NCBI GenBank assembly: GCA_030765805.1
Contig: JAVCDH010000017.1
Span: forward strand, 2,467 to 66,466
DNA from: Candidatus Euphemobacter frigidus
Lineage (GTDB): Bacteria; Auribacterota; Erginobacteria; Erginobacterales; Erginobacteraceae
Reading direction: 5' to 3'
DNA length: 64,000 nucleotides
A model generated the notes under the pieces. That model was given only the letters and a program-made list of their open reading frames with translations. It had not been told where the DNA came from and did not search any database. This document shows positions 16,730 to 26,025 of the stretch, piece after piece (within the stretch, counting starts at the first letter, position 1; every line of letters starts with the position of its first letter). The position numbers and the translations under genes were made by a program.

Positions 16730-18483
16730 AGAACATTAAAATAACGCCGCATGAATTCTCCCGCCAGGGGGGCGGCATCCCGGGGGCCGGATTCCGCGTC
16801 TTCCAGGATGATGGCCAGCACGACCTCCGGATTATCCGCCGGCGCCAGAGCCAGAAACCAGGCGTGCTTCCCGTATTCAGGAGGGGTACCCACCTGCACC
16901 GTGCCGGACTTCCCGGCCACCGTGATGACGGGATGGGCGGCCGCTCTCCCGGTGCCGTGCTCTTCGTTTACCACCCGTACCATCCCGGAGAGAAGCTCAG
17001 ACCAGATCTCTTCCGGGACATCCAGCTTCTTCCGGATTACCGGCTCAAACTCTTTTATGATCTCGCCCTCCGGCGAGATCATCCTCTTCACAATACGCGG
17101 CTGATAGAGCGTGCCTCGATTGGCGATAATACACCCCATGCTCGCCATCTGGAGGGGAGTAACCAGAAGATAGCCCTGCCCGATTGAGAGATTGACCGTA
17201 TCCCCGGTATACCAGGACTCCCCGATAATCTTTTTTTTCCAGGCCCGATCCGGGATAAGGCCTCCGCTTTCTCCTCTAATCTCCAGCCCGGATCTCTCTC
17301 CCAGCCCGATCGCCCGGGCCATTTTGGAGATCCTTTCCACTCCCACCTCCAATCCCAGGTTGTAAAAGTATATATTGCAGGAGTGCTTGATGGCTTGCTG
17401 GAGATCCAGCTCCCCATGGCCGCCCGGCAGCCAACAACGGAAGGTACTCTCGCCCAGAAGAAAGACACCCCGACAGTCAAAGGTGGTTTTCGGGGTGGAA
17501 ACCCGGGAACTGAGGGCGGTCAGTGCCATCACCAGCTTAAAAGGAGAGCCGGGCGGATACTCTCCACTCAAGGCCCGGTTCATAAGAGGAGCTTCCGGAT
17601 CGGAAAATACTCTCTCCGCGTCTTCCTTCCAAACCGGCCGGATCAGGAGGTTGGGATCGAAGGAAGGATGACTGACCAGGGCCAGGAGATCTCCATTGCG
17701 GGGATCCATCGCTACCGCCGCCCCATTCCACTCTTCCAGCAGTTCTTCCAGTATCTCCTGAGCCCGAATATCCAGTGTCAGATAGATATCATCTCCGGGA
17801 CGGGGTTCTTTGTGGCTCAATACCTTATCCCGGTACCCGCGGGCGTCCACCTGTAGTTGTTCAGCGCCGGGCTCTCCCCGGAGATACCGGTCATAAGCTT
17901 CTTCCACTCCCATCTTTCCGATATCGTCCTGGGCGCGGTAGCCTGAATCCTTCAACTTTACCAGCTCCCGGGGACTGATCTGGCCGACATAACCGAGCAG
18001 ATGAACCGGCACCTCTCCATACGGATAACTCCGGATCGGGTTCACCTGGACATCGACTCCGGGCAGCTCCGGGCCTTTCTCTTCCAGGATGGTGGCGGCG
18101 ACAATCCCGATATCGGCCGCCAACCGCACCGGCTCAAAAGGGCGGTCCCGAAAAGTATCCAGCCGGCGGTTTAACCGCTCCGGGGAGAGGTTGAGAATGG
18201 AACTGAGGGTCGCGATCAGTCTCTCCCGGTCTTCAACTTCAGTCGGATTGATCACCACGTCAAAACTGGGGCGGTTGTCAGCCAGTACGACCCCGTTCCG
18301 GTCGAAGATAGTCCCGCGAGGGGCAGAGATTCGCACCAGACGAACCCGGTTCCGGACCGCCCGCTCCTGGTATTTCTCCCCCTTTACCACCTGCATATAC
18401 CAGAGAGTGGCAACGATCACCCCCCCCCAGATAACCAGGAAGATAGCCAGGATCCGCAACCGCGCGTCAATCGACTTCTTCAT
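16717..18483 (-). CDS. mrdA: Penicillin-binding protein 2
   Basis: Motifs GSPFK (SxxK), SCN and KSGT. Confidence 0.95.
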   Translation of the reverse strand: MKKSIDARLRILAIFLVIWGGVIVATLWYMQVVKGEKYQERAVRNRVRLVRISAPRGTIFDRNGVVLADNRPSFDVVINPTEVEDRERLIATLSSILNLSPERLNRRLDTFRDRPFEPVRLAADIGIVAATILEEKGPELPGVDVQVNPIRSYPYGEVPVHLLGYVGQISPRELVKLKDSGYRAQDDIGKMGVEEAYDRYLRGEPGAEQLQVDARGYRDKVLSHKEPRPGDDIYLTLDIRAQEILEELLEEWNGAAVAMDPRNGDLLALVSHPSFDPNLLIRPVWKEDAERVFSDPEAPLMNRALSGEYPPGSPFKLVMALTALSSRVSTPKTTFDCRGVFLLGESTFRCWLPGGHGELDLQQAIKHSCNIYFYNLGLEVGVERISKMARAIGLGERSGLEIRGESGGLIPDRAWKKKIIGESWYTGDTVNLSIGQGYLLVTPLQMASMGCIIANRGTLYQPRIVKRMISPEGEIIKEFEPVIRKKLDVPEEIWSELLSGMVRVVNEEHGTGRAAAHPVITVAGKSGTVQVGTPPEYGKHAWFLALAPADNPEVVLAIILEDAESGPRDAAPLAGEFMRRYFNVLEFQ

Positions 18484-18508
18484 TTTATAACTTAGCTTCG
18501 CAACTTAT

Positions 18509-18551
18509 TTGAACCGCAGAGACCCGCTTTCAGCGGGTCTCTGCGGTTCAA
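18509..18551. repeat. Perfect 20-bp-stem hairpin between mreD and mrdA
   Basis: TTGAACCGCAGAGACCCGCT-TTC-AGCGGGTCTCTGCGGTTCAA. Confidence 0.85.
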
Positions 18552-18593
18552 TTATCTTTCTTCCCATCTTTGTGGTTAGATTTTAGTTTACTG

Positions 18594-19136
18594 TTATCTT
18601 CCCCTGCCCAGAGCCCGGTCCATCATCCAGAGCCAGAGGGGAGAGACCAGCGTGGTCTGCCAGATGGAGGGCCAGATCGCTTCCCGCCAGGCATAGGACC
18701 AGGGCGGTGGACTGGAGAACACAACCAGCAGCAGATAATAGAGCAGACTGCTGATCAGAGTTGATCCGGCCACCATGAAGACCCGGGTGGTAAGATGGGC
18801 CCGGTAAAGTGGGGCACTGGCGAGCGCAACCAGCAATCCCGTGGCGGCCAACGTGAGAGAATGCAGCCCCAATCTTCCGGCGGAGAAGATATCGACCATC
18901 GCACCCCCCGCCATCCCCACGAACCATCCTGAGGCCGGACCCTTCCTCAGCGCCCAGTAAACCACGACTATTAAGACCAAGTCGGGACGGAAATCAAAGA
19001 GGAATCCCGCCTCTCCCCATGCCCCCGGGATGATAACCGATGCCAGAAGAAATGCCGATAATATGGTTCTTCGGCGCCATCTCCTTCCCCGGGTTGAGAT
19101 AAAATGATGGAAGGGACGCCGGACCGTGATGCTCAT
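18594..19136 (-). CDS. mreD: Rod shape-determining protein MreD
   Basis: PDLVLIVVVYW motif, hydrophobic profile and synteny. Confidence 0.85.
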   Translation of the reverse strand: MSITVRRPFHHFISTRGRRWRRRTILSAFLLASVIIPGAWGEAGFLFDFRPDLVLIVVVYWALRKGPASGWFVGMAGGAMVDIFSAGRLGLHSLTLAATGLLVALASAPLYRAHLTTRVFMVAGSTLISSLLYYLLLVVFSSPPPWSYAWREAIWPSIWQTTLVSPLWLWMMDRALGRGR

Positions 19137-19141
19137 AATTT

Positions 19142-19918
19142 TTATTGCAGGACCATGACCTGCTCCAGGCGGTCGAAATGGGTAGCCGGCTCCAGGTCGG
19201 CTGACTTGAATAACCCGAACTCCTGTTCGGAGACACTGGTAATGGTACCGATGAGAAGACCGGGCGGGTAGATCCGCCCTAGACCGGAGGTCAGCACAAT
19301 CTTTCCGGGCGAGATCGGAAGGCGACGCGGCAGGTATTTCATCACACAGGTTCCTCCCGCCCCCTCCACAATTCCAGCCTGCCGGGAACCCTGAAGCACT
19401 CCTCCCACCCCGCTGGTCCGGTCGATGATCAAGAGCACCCGGCTCAGGTGAGGGGCAACCTCGATAACCTTCCCCACCACCCCCCGCGCCGATACCACGG
19501 GCGCTTCCTTTACCACGCCGTCCGCGCCACCTTTGTTGATCAGGATACTCTGGTTCCAGTGATGAAGATCCCGTCCGATGACCCGCGCCACAACCCCGGT
19601 ATAGGGCTGTTTCCGCTTGAATTCCAGCAGAGCCCTCAACGCCTTATTCTCCTCCTCCACCTCCCGGAGCCTTACCAACTCGCCGGTAAGATAATCCACT
19701 CGTTCTTCCAGCCGGGGGTTGATCCGGGCGGCCCATATGACCCGTCCGATGTTCTTTACCACGATCCCCACCGGCGCAAACGCGTTTCCGGCGATAGTCT
19801 GAAGAGGAGAGAACAGATCAGCCAGTTTGATCTTCAAGGAGGAAGAAAGCGAAGGGGACAGACTGAGGAGGACAATAAAAGCGAGACCAACCACCGCCCC
19901 TACGATAATCCTCCTCAT
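19142..19918 (-). CDS. mreC: Rod shape-determining protein MreC
   Basis: Motifs EEENKALRALL, LTSGLGRIYPPG; synteny. Confidence 0.93.
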   Translation of the reverse strand: MRRIIVGAVVGLAFIVLLSLSPSLSSSLKIKLADLFSPLQTIAGNAFAPVGIVVKNIGRVIWAARINPRLEERVDYLTGELVRLREVEEENKALRALLEFKRKQPYTGVVARVIGRDLHHWNQSILINKGGADGVVKEAPVVSARGVVGKVIEVAPHLSRVLLIIDRTSGVGGVLQGSRQAGIVEGAGGTCVMKYLPRRLPISPGKIVLTSGLGRIYPPGLLIGTITSVSEQEFGLFKSADLEPATHFDRLEQVMVLQ

Positions 19919-19933
19919 AATATCCAGACCTGA

Positions 19934-20974
19934 TTAGAAGCCCGACTTTTCGGTAACCACGATCCTCTTCAAGAAACGGAGCTCCTGGAGCACCTTCCCC
20001 GTCCCCAGCACCACCGACTCAATCGGTTCGTCCGCCACATTGACCGGCAACCCCGTTTCCTCGCCCAGCAGCTTATCAAGCCCCCGGAGAAGCGATCCTC
20101 CGCCGGCCAGGATCATGCCCCGATCCACCAGGTCGGCGGACAACTCGGGAGGACACCGTTCCAGACTGATTCTCACCGCTTCGATGATCGTTGACATCGG
20201 TTCCGCTATTGCCTCTCGGACTTCCTCGGAGTTGATGGTCATGGTCTTGGGGAGGCCGGCCACCAGGTCACGCCCCTTTACTTCCATGGTGAGTTCCTCT
20301 TCCAGTGGGTAGCAGGAACCGATATTGATCTTGATCATCTCGGCCATCCGGGGGCCGATCAGCAGATTATAAGTTCGTTTTAAATACTGGATGATGGCTT
20401 CATCAAGTTCATCACCACCCACCCGAACGGAGCGGCTGAAGACGATTCCGGCCAGTGAGATAATAGCCACCTCGGAAGTCCCACCCCCGACATCAACAAT
20501 CATATTTCCCGCCGCTTCCTGGACCGGAAGGCCGACTCCGATCGCGGCTGCCATCGGTTCTTCAATCAGGTAGACTTCGCGGGCGCCGGCATGCTCCGCG
20601 GAGTCCTTCACCGCCCTCTTCTCGACCTCGGTGATCCCGGAAGGGATCGCCACCACAACCCGGGGCCGAACCAGGGCCTTGCGGTTGTGTACTTTGGTAA
20701 TAAAATAACGGAGCATGCTCTCCGTGATCTCGAAATCGGCGATTACCCCGTCTTTCAGGGGGCGGATGGCGACAATGCTGCCCGGGGTTCTCCCCAGCAT
20801 ATTCTTCGCCTCTTCACCCACCGCCAGAACGTTGTTGGTCCCTTTCTGGATGGCCACCACAGACGGTTCATTGAGTACGATGCCGCGCCCCTTGACAAAG
20901 ACCAGGGTCGTGGCGGTCCCAAGATCGATTCCCATATCCGAGGAAAACATCCCCAAAACGTGATTGAGTAGCAT
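19934..20974 (-). CDS. mreB: Rod shape-determining protein MreB
   Basis: Motifs [17 protein letters not shown] and DVGGGT. Confidence 0.97.
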   Translation of the reverse strand: MLLNHVLGMFSSDMGIDLGTATTLVFVKGRGIVLNEPSVVAIQKGTNNVLAVGEEAKNMLGRTPGSIVAIRPLKDGVIADFEITESMLRYFITKVHNRKALVRPRVVVAIPSGITEVEKRAVKDSAEHAGAREVYLIEEPMAAAIGVGLPVQEAAGNMIVDVGGGTSEVAIISLAGIVFSRSVRVGGDELDEAIIQYLKRTYNLLIGPRMAEMIKINIGSCYPLEEELTMEVKGRDLVAGLPKTMTINSEEVREAIAEPMSTIIEAVRISLERCPPELSADLVDRGMILAGGGSLLRGLDKLLGEETGLPVNVADEPIESVVLGTGKVLQELRFLKRIVVTEKSGF

Positions 20975-21068
20975 ATTATCCTCCTTAAAATCTTCCGGTG
21001 GAAAATTTTAATTTTCTCTTGATAATAATCGATATAATAATGGATTGTATAATTTTGACAAGTTAATT

Positions 21069-22349
21069 TTACCCGTCAAGTAGATACTGCCGGGCATCCT
21101 CCAGGAAACGGTCTTCGATCATTACTTCCACATATACGTCTTTCTTGTGATAATCGATCTTGACGACCCGGCCGTCCCGGTGGAGGCGGGCGACCAGATC
21201 CGGGCGGTTCTGAGGGATCAGCAGCCGATGTGATCGGCGCAGGCCGGCCAACTTTTCGTCGAGGGCTTTTAAAAGATCTTCCAGGCCGGTCTTTCGCAGA
21301 GCTGAGATCGGGACTCCGCCGTCGATGCGGCCCCTTGCCTCGCCCAGCAGAAATTCATCTTCAACCAGATCTATCTTGTTCAGAACAACGACCATCGGTT
21401 TCTCATCGGCCGAGAGCTCCTTTAAGACCACCTCTACCGACCGCTTCCGTTCCCAGACCATCCGATGGGAGAGATCCAGGACCTCGAGAAGGAGATCGGC
21501 TTCACCGACCTCCTCCAGGGTCGCCCGAAAGGCGTCGATCAGGTGATGGGGGAGCTGGCGGATAAATCCGACCGTATCACTGAAGAGAACGGCTCTTCCG
21601 GACGGGAGGACCGCCTTCCGGATGATCGGGTCGAGTGTGGCAAACAGCTTGTCTTCCGTTGGCGCTGCCGCCGCGGTCAGAGTGTTGAGAAGAGTAGACT
21701 TTCCGGAGTTAGTATATCCGATGATGGAGACGAGGGGGATCCCCGCCCGGCGGCGTTGTTTTCTCTGCGCCTCGCGGTGGCGCCGGACCTTTGCGATCTC
21801 TTTGTTCAGGTGTTGAATCCGGGTCCGGGTCTTCCTCCGGTCAATCTCGATCTGCTTCTCACCCGCGTCCCGGGTTCCTTTCACGCCCCCTTTCTGACGG
21901 GAGAGGTGGGTCCAGGCACCGGTCAGCCGGGGCAGGAGATACTGAAGCTGCGCCAGTTCGATCTGGAGCCGGGCCTCCCGGGTCCGGGCCCGTTGGACGA
22001 AGATCTCCAGGATCAGCTCGGTTCGGTCGAGTACCCTCACCCCGCTTACGTCCTGGAGGTTGCGGGTCTGGGCGGGAGAAAGGTCTCCATTAAATATGAG
22101 GAGCGAGACCCCATCCTGCCGGCATCGATCGGCGATCTCTCTTGCCTTCCCCGTCCCGATATAAGTAGCGGGATGAGGTTTTGATCGGCGTGAGATATTC
22201 ATGCCGACCACCTCCAGCCCGGCGGTCGCGGCCAGTTGAGATAGTTCGGCCAGAAGATCCTCGATCTCCCAGCGATCGTTCCGTTTGAACTCAATCCCCA
22301 CCAGGAGCGCCCTCTCCCGGGGTTCCGAATTCTCTTTAACCTCTATCAT
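21069..22349 (-). CDS. hflX: GTPase HflX
   Basis: Motifs GYTNSGKST, LFATLDP and DTVGFI; start moved to MIEVKE. Confidence 0.95.
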   Translation of the reverse strand: MIEVKENSEPRERALLVGIEFKRNDRWEIEDLLAELSQLAATAGLEVVGMNISRRSKPHPATYIGTGKAREIADRCRQDGVSLLIFNGDLSPAQTRNLQDVSGVRVLDRTELILEIFVQRARTREARLQIELAQLQYLLPRLTGAWTHLSRQKGGVKGTRDAGEKQIEIDRRKTRTRIQHLNKEIAKVRRHREAQRKQRRRAGIPLVSIIGYTNSGKSTLLNTLTAAAAPTEDKLFATLDPIIRKAVLPSGRAVLFSDTVGFIRQLPHHLIDAFRATLEEVGEADLLLEVLDLSHRMVWERKRSVEVVLKELSADEKPMVVVLNKIDLVEDEFLLGEARGRIDGGVPISALRKTGLEDLLKALDEKLAGLRRSHRLLIPQNRPDLVARLHRDGRVVKIDYHKKDVYVEVMIEDRFLEDARQYLLDG

Positions 22350-22350
22350 T

Positions 22351-23325
22351 TTATTTTTTTTCTTCCAAAAAAAATAATCTTGTAATCTTCTCAACCGCGA
22401 CTTCCGGTTCGTCATCAGCTTCGAGATCGATCCAGTGAATCCGCTTCTCCCTCCTCCACCAGGTCATCTGTCTTTTGGCGAAATGCCGGGTGTCGGCGGC
22501 CAGCTTGCGGATGGACGCCGGGCGAGAATATTCTCCCCTCAGATAGCCTTCCACCTCTTTATAACCCAGCGCCTGCCAGGCGACCCGGTTGGACTTGAGT
22601 CCCCTCCGTAAAAGTTCCTCCGTCTCCTCAACCAGACCATGATCGAACATCTCTTCGGCCCTTCGGTTGATCCGGTTATAGAGGTCCTCTCGTTCTCTTC
22701 GCAAGCCAAAGATTAGATAGTGACTGGTGACTGGTGACTGGTGACTGGACTTATCTCCCCACTGACTTTGCCACCGGGAGATGGGGATGCCGGTCAACTC
22801 CAGCACCTCCAGGGCCCGGATGATCCTCTTCAGGTTATTCTTGTGGATGCGTTGGGCTGATATTGGATCGCGCTCGGAGAGAAGGCCGTAAAGATAACCG
22901 GGGCCGTTCTCTCTCTCTTTCTCACGAAGGGTGGCGCGGAAGACCGGGTCGGCGGGGGGTGAGTCGAAGAGACCGTCCACCAGGGCTTTGAGATAGAGCC
23001 CCGATCCTCCCACTACCAGGGGGATTACGGCTCGGCTCCTGATCTCACCGATCAGGGGGATCGCCAGTTCCCGAAAGCGGGCCGCGCTGTATTGCTCGGA
23101 GATATCAAGGATGTCGATCAGGTGATGGGGGACGCGGGAGAGTTCGGATTTTCCCGGCTGGGCGGTCGCGATCTTCATTCCCCGGTACACCTGGAAAGCG
23201 TCGGCGGAGATTATCTCCCCCCCGATCCGTTCCGCCAGAAGCACCGAGACCGCTGTCTTCCCTACCGCGGTAGGGCCCAGGACAACAATTGTCTCTTTGA
23301 ATTTATCTTTGTGATTTATCTGCAC
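22351..23325 (-). CDS. miaA: tRNA dimethylallyltransferase
   Basis: Motifs GPTAVGKT, VGGSGLY, RIIRALEV and FAKRQMTW. Confidence 0.96.
   Translation of the reverse strand: MQINHKDKFKETIVVLGPTAVGKTAVSVLLAERIGGEIISADAFQVYRGMKIATAQPGKSELSRVPHHLIDILDISEQYSAARFRELAIPLIGEIRSRAVIPLVVGGSGLYLKALVDGLFDSPPADPVFRATLREKERENGPGYLYGLLSERDPISAQRIHKNNLKRIIRALEVLELTGIPISRWQSQWGDKSSHQSPVTSHYLIFGLRREREDLYNRINRRAEEMFDHGLVEETEELLRRGLKSNRVAWQALGYKEVEGYLRGEYSRPASIRKLAADTRHFAKRQMTWWRREKRIHWIDLEADDEPEVAVEKITRLFFLEEKK
22720..22747. repeat. (GTGACTG)x4 perfect tandem repeat inside miaA
   Basis: Read directly; encodes SHQSPVTSH. Confidence 0.9.
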
Positions 23326-23334
23326 CTGATCTGT

Positions 23335-25059
23335 TTACCGCCTCCCGAACTTCCGCTCCAGGTCTTCCCAGGAATAGGTAAGAAAGGTGGGGCGGCCATG
23401 AGGGCAGCGGTAGGGGTCCCGACAGGCGAAGAGTTCCTCAACCAGCTTATCCAGCTCAACCGGGGCCAGCCGGTCGCGAGCTTTGACCGCGGCCAGACAG
23501 GACATCCGGATGATAATCTCCTCCCGGGGATCGGTCGGCTCTCTGCCCTCCTCTTCCAGATCGGCGATTACGTCTAGGACCAGCTCCTCCCGGTTCCAAT
23601 CCGAAAGAATCGCCGGCAATACAGTGATGATGAAGGAGTCGCTGCCGAACGGTTCGATCTCGATACCGAGCTCCCGCAGGAGCGGGATCTTCTCCAGAAG
23701 CCGGGCGGCCCGCGGCGGATCCAGATCGAGATTGATCGGCGAAAGCAGAGGCTGCAGCTCTATCTTCTCTCTCTTAAACGCGCGCTGGAGCCGCTCATAG
23801 ACAATCCGTTCATGGGCCGCGTGCTGATCGATGACGATGATCCCCTCCGGAGACTGGGCCAGTACATAACGGTTGGCGGCCTGCCCCAGAATATGATATC
23901 GAGACGGACCCGGGGTAACGTCCGATCCTTCTTCCGGCCGCGAGATCTCCGCCAGAGGGGAAGAAGCCGGGAGTTCAGCAAGCGAAATATCATAAGACGC
24001 CGCGTCCACCAACTCCCCCACCCCGCGGGCCGGGTCGACCCGTCGTTTGTCATATAACCAACCGGCCGGGCCGGTGTTCTGCAGGGCGTTCCGAACCGTC
24101 CGGATCACCAGGTTCCGGATCGATGCGGGATGGGCAAACTTTACTTCCCGCTTGGCCGGATGAATGTTCACATCCACCGACCGGCCTCCCAGGTCGATAA
24201 AAATCACCCCCGCCGGAGAACGACGGGCCGGAAGCTGTGGAGCATATCCCTCCAATACCGCGCGGAAGATCAACCGGTCCCGGACCGGACGGTGGTTTAC
24301 GAAGATGGAGAGCCCCTTCCGAACAACCCCGGCCAGATCGGGTGGAACAATAAAACCGCTCAACCTGGTTTCTTCCTCAACTTCTTCCAGAGGGATCAGG
24401 CGGGCCGAAAGGTCGCCTCCCCAGAGATCCCCCAACCGTTCCCGGAGCGACGATACGGCCGGGAGATCAAAGACCGTCTCACGGTCCCTCTCAAATCTGA
24501 AGGCGACATCCGGAGAGGCCAGGGCGTGCGCGGTCACTTCGGCGGTAATATGCCCCATCTCGGTTCGGTCCGTCTTTAAAAACTTCAGTCGGGCGGGCGT
24601 ATTGAAGAAGAGCCTCCTTATTTCCACCGTCGTTCCGATGGGGGCGCCGACCTCGGAGACATCCCGGATTCGGCCGGCGGAGATATAGATCCGGGTCGCG
24701 GCCAGGGATTCCCCCGGACGGGAAGTTATCCGGATCTCCGAGACCCCGGCTATGCTGGGAAGGGCTTCCCCCCGAAAGCCGAGGGTGGAGAGATCCTCCA
24801 GGTCGGAGAAATTGGCCAGTTTGCTGGTCGAATGCCGCTCAAAGGCCAGCAGCAGGTCGTCCCGTTCCATCCCGCACCCGTCATCCTCCACTCTGATCTC
24901 CTTCCTCCCCCCTCCTTTGACGACCACCCGGAGGGACTTCGCCCCCGCGTCCAGGGCGTTCTCTATCAATTCCTTGACCACGGAAGCCGGGCGCTCCACC
25001 ACTTCTCCGGCGGCGATCTTATTGACCACCGCCTCCGGTAATAATCTGATTCTACTCAT
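23335..25059 (-). CDS. mutL: DNA mismatch repair protein MutL
   Basis: Motifs GFRGEAL, DVNIHPAK, DQHAAHER and CPHGRP. Confidence 0.97.
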   Translation of the reverse strand: MSRIRLLPEAVVNKIAAGEVVERPASVVKELIENALDAGAKSLRVVVKGGGRKEIRVEDDGCGMERDDLLLAFERHSTSKLANFSDLEDLSTLGFRGEALPSIAGVSEIRITSRPGESLAATRIYISAGRIRDVSEVGAPIGTTVEIRRLFFNTPARLKFLKTDRTEMGHITAEVTAHALASPDVAFRFERDRETVFDLPAVSSLRERLGDLWGGDLSARLIPLEEVEEETRLSGFIVPPDLAGVVRKGLSIFVNHRPVRDRLIFRAVLEGYAPQLPARRSPAGVIFIDLGGRSVDVNIHPAKREVKFAHPASIRNLVIRTVRNALQNTGPAGWLYDKRRVDPARGVGELVDAASYDISLAELPASSPLAEISRPEEGSDVTPGPSRYHILGQAANRYVLAQSPEGIIVIDQHAAHERIVYERLQRAFKREKIELQPLLSPINLDLDPPRAARLLEKIPLLRELGIEIEPFGSDSFIITVLPAILSDWNREELVLDVIADLEEEGREPTDPREEIIIRMSCLAAVKARDRLAPVELDKLVEELFACRDPYRCPHGRPTFLTYSWEDLERKFGRR

Positions 25060-25067
25060 TTCTTATT

Positions 25068-25174
25068 AATTAGCGCCTTCGGCGCTAATTTGGGGAATAG
25101 GGATTAGGGAATAGGGATTGGTTCACCTTAATCCCTATAAAATGTTACCTATTCAATAGTTTTATTGAAATTCC
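25068..25174. repeat. Dispersed element of about 105 bp, copy B
   Basis: Near-identical to 16624-16729. Confidence 0.88.
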
Positions 25175-25208
25175 GATACAGTAAAATACAATTTCCTATG
25201 CGATTAAA

Positions 25209-25784
25209 TTATTTCCTCAGCAGGTTCTCCTTGTGGATCACCGCCCAGATATGCTTGCAGGCAAAACCATGCTTTCTGCCCCGGTAGGTGTAATCCGGTC
25301 CGGTGCAGGAGGCCCCCAGCAATGGTCCTGCCCGGACCAGCGTTACCGTGAACTTCTCGACTTCATATTGATTGTCGCCGATTTTCTTGACCTTGGGCGC
25401 AATTACGCTCCCATCGTCATACCGTTTCCCCTCCCGGGTCATTCCGGGCCGGATCTCGACATAGCCCTTCGGGAGCTTAAATATCTTCCTGCCGATCGTC
25501 TCGGACTGTTCTTTACACTCTTCGATCTTGGTCCGGATCGCGGGCGCCTGCCAATCGGGGAACCGCTCGGCGATCATCTTATAGACGTCCTCCGCCTCGA
25601 TATACCGGTCGTAGGCCTTCCGTTCTTCCTTTTGAAAGATCGCCTTCTTCGCCTCCCGAACCAGGAAATACGCCTTTCGATTCAATTCCTGGGGCCCCGC
25701 TTCCCCCTCCGTTCCCTGAACAAGTCCTAAAGATATGAATGCTCCGCCCCAGGCCAACACCAACAATAGAACCATCTTATTCAT
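25209..25784 (-). CDS. Exported protein with a helical TPR-like N-domain and a degenerate SWIM-like zinc finger
   Basis: Signal peptide MNKMVLLLVLAWGG; C-terminal SCTGPDY...CKHIWAV. Confidence 0.7.
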   Translation of the reverse strand: MNKMVLLLVLAWGGAFISLGLVQGTEGEAGPQELNRKAYFLVREAKKAIFQKEERKAYDRYIEAEDVYKMIAERFPDWQAPAIRTKIEECKEQSETIGRKIFKLPKGYVEIRPGMTREGKRYDDGSVIAPKVKKIGDNQYEVEKFTVTLVRAGPLLGASCTGPDYTYRGRKHGFACKHIWAVIHKENLLRK

Positions 25785-25844
25785 ATTATTTCTTCCTCTT
25801 AAGTTTTAAATAATTCTTATGATAATGCGATATCTTCAAAACAT

Positions 25845-26025
25845 GTAACTACTCAGGTTATCCGGTTCACCGTTCACGGTTCACGGTTTATTGCCTTGCG
25901 CGCTTCATATATCTTGAGATAGTTAATGAATCCGCGAACGGCAGTCCCGCTGTGGCGGGATTCAATCTTCATCACCCTCTAACCGTGAACCCTTGAACCG
26001 TGAACCCCTGAACCTGATTATTTAT
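25845..26025. mobile_element. Non-autonomous GTAACTACTCAGG-TIR element, 181 bp
   Basis: Left TIR is perfect and right TIR degenerate, with inverted GGTTCAC/GTGAACC arrays. No TSD visible. Confidence 0.8.
25874..25972 (-). pseudogene. Collapsed four-helix-bundle gene (32-codon ORF MKIESRHSGTAVRGFINYLKIYEARKAINREP)
   Basis: Its ends match the larger relic at 40968-41159. Confidence 0.75.
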
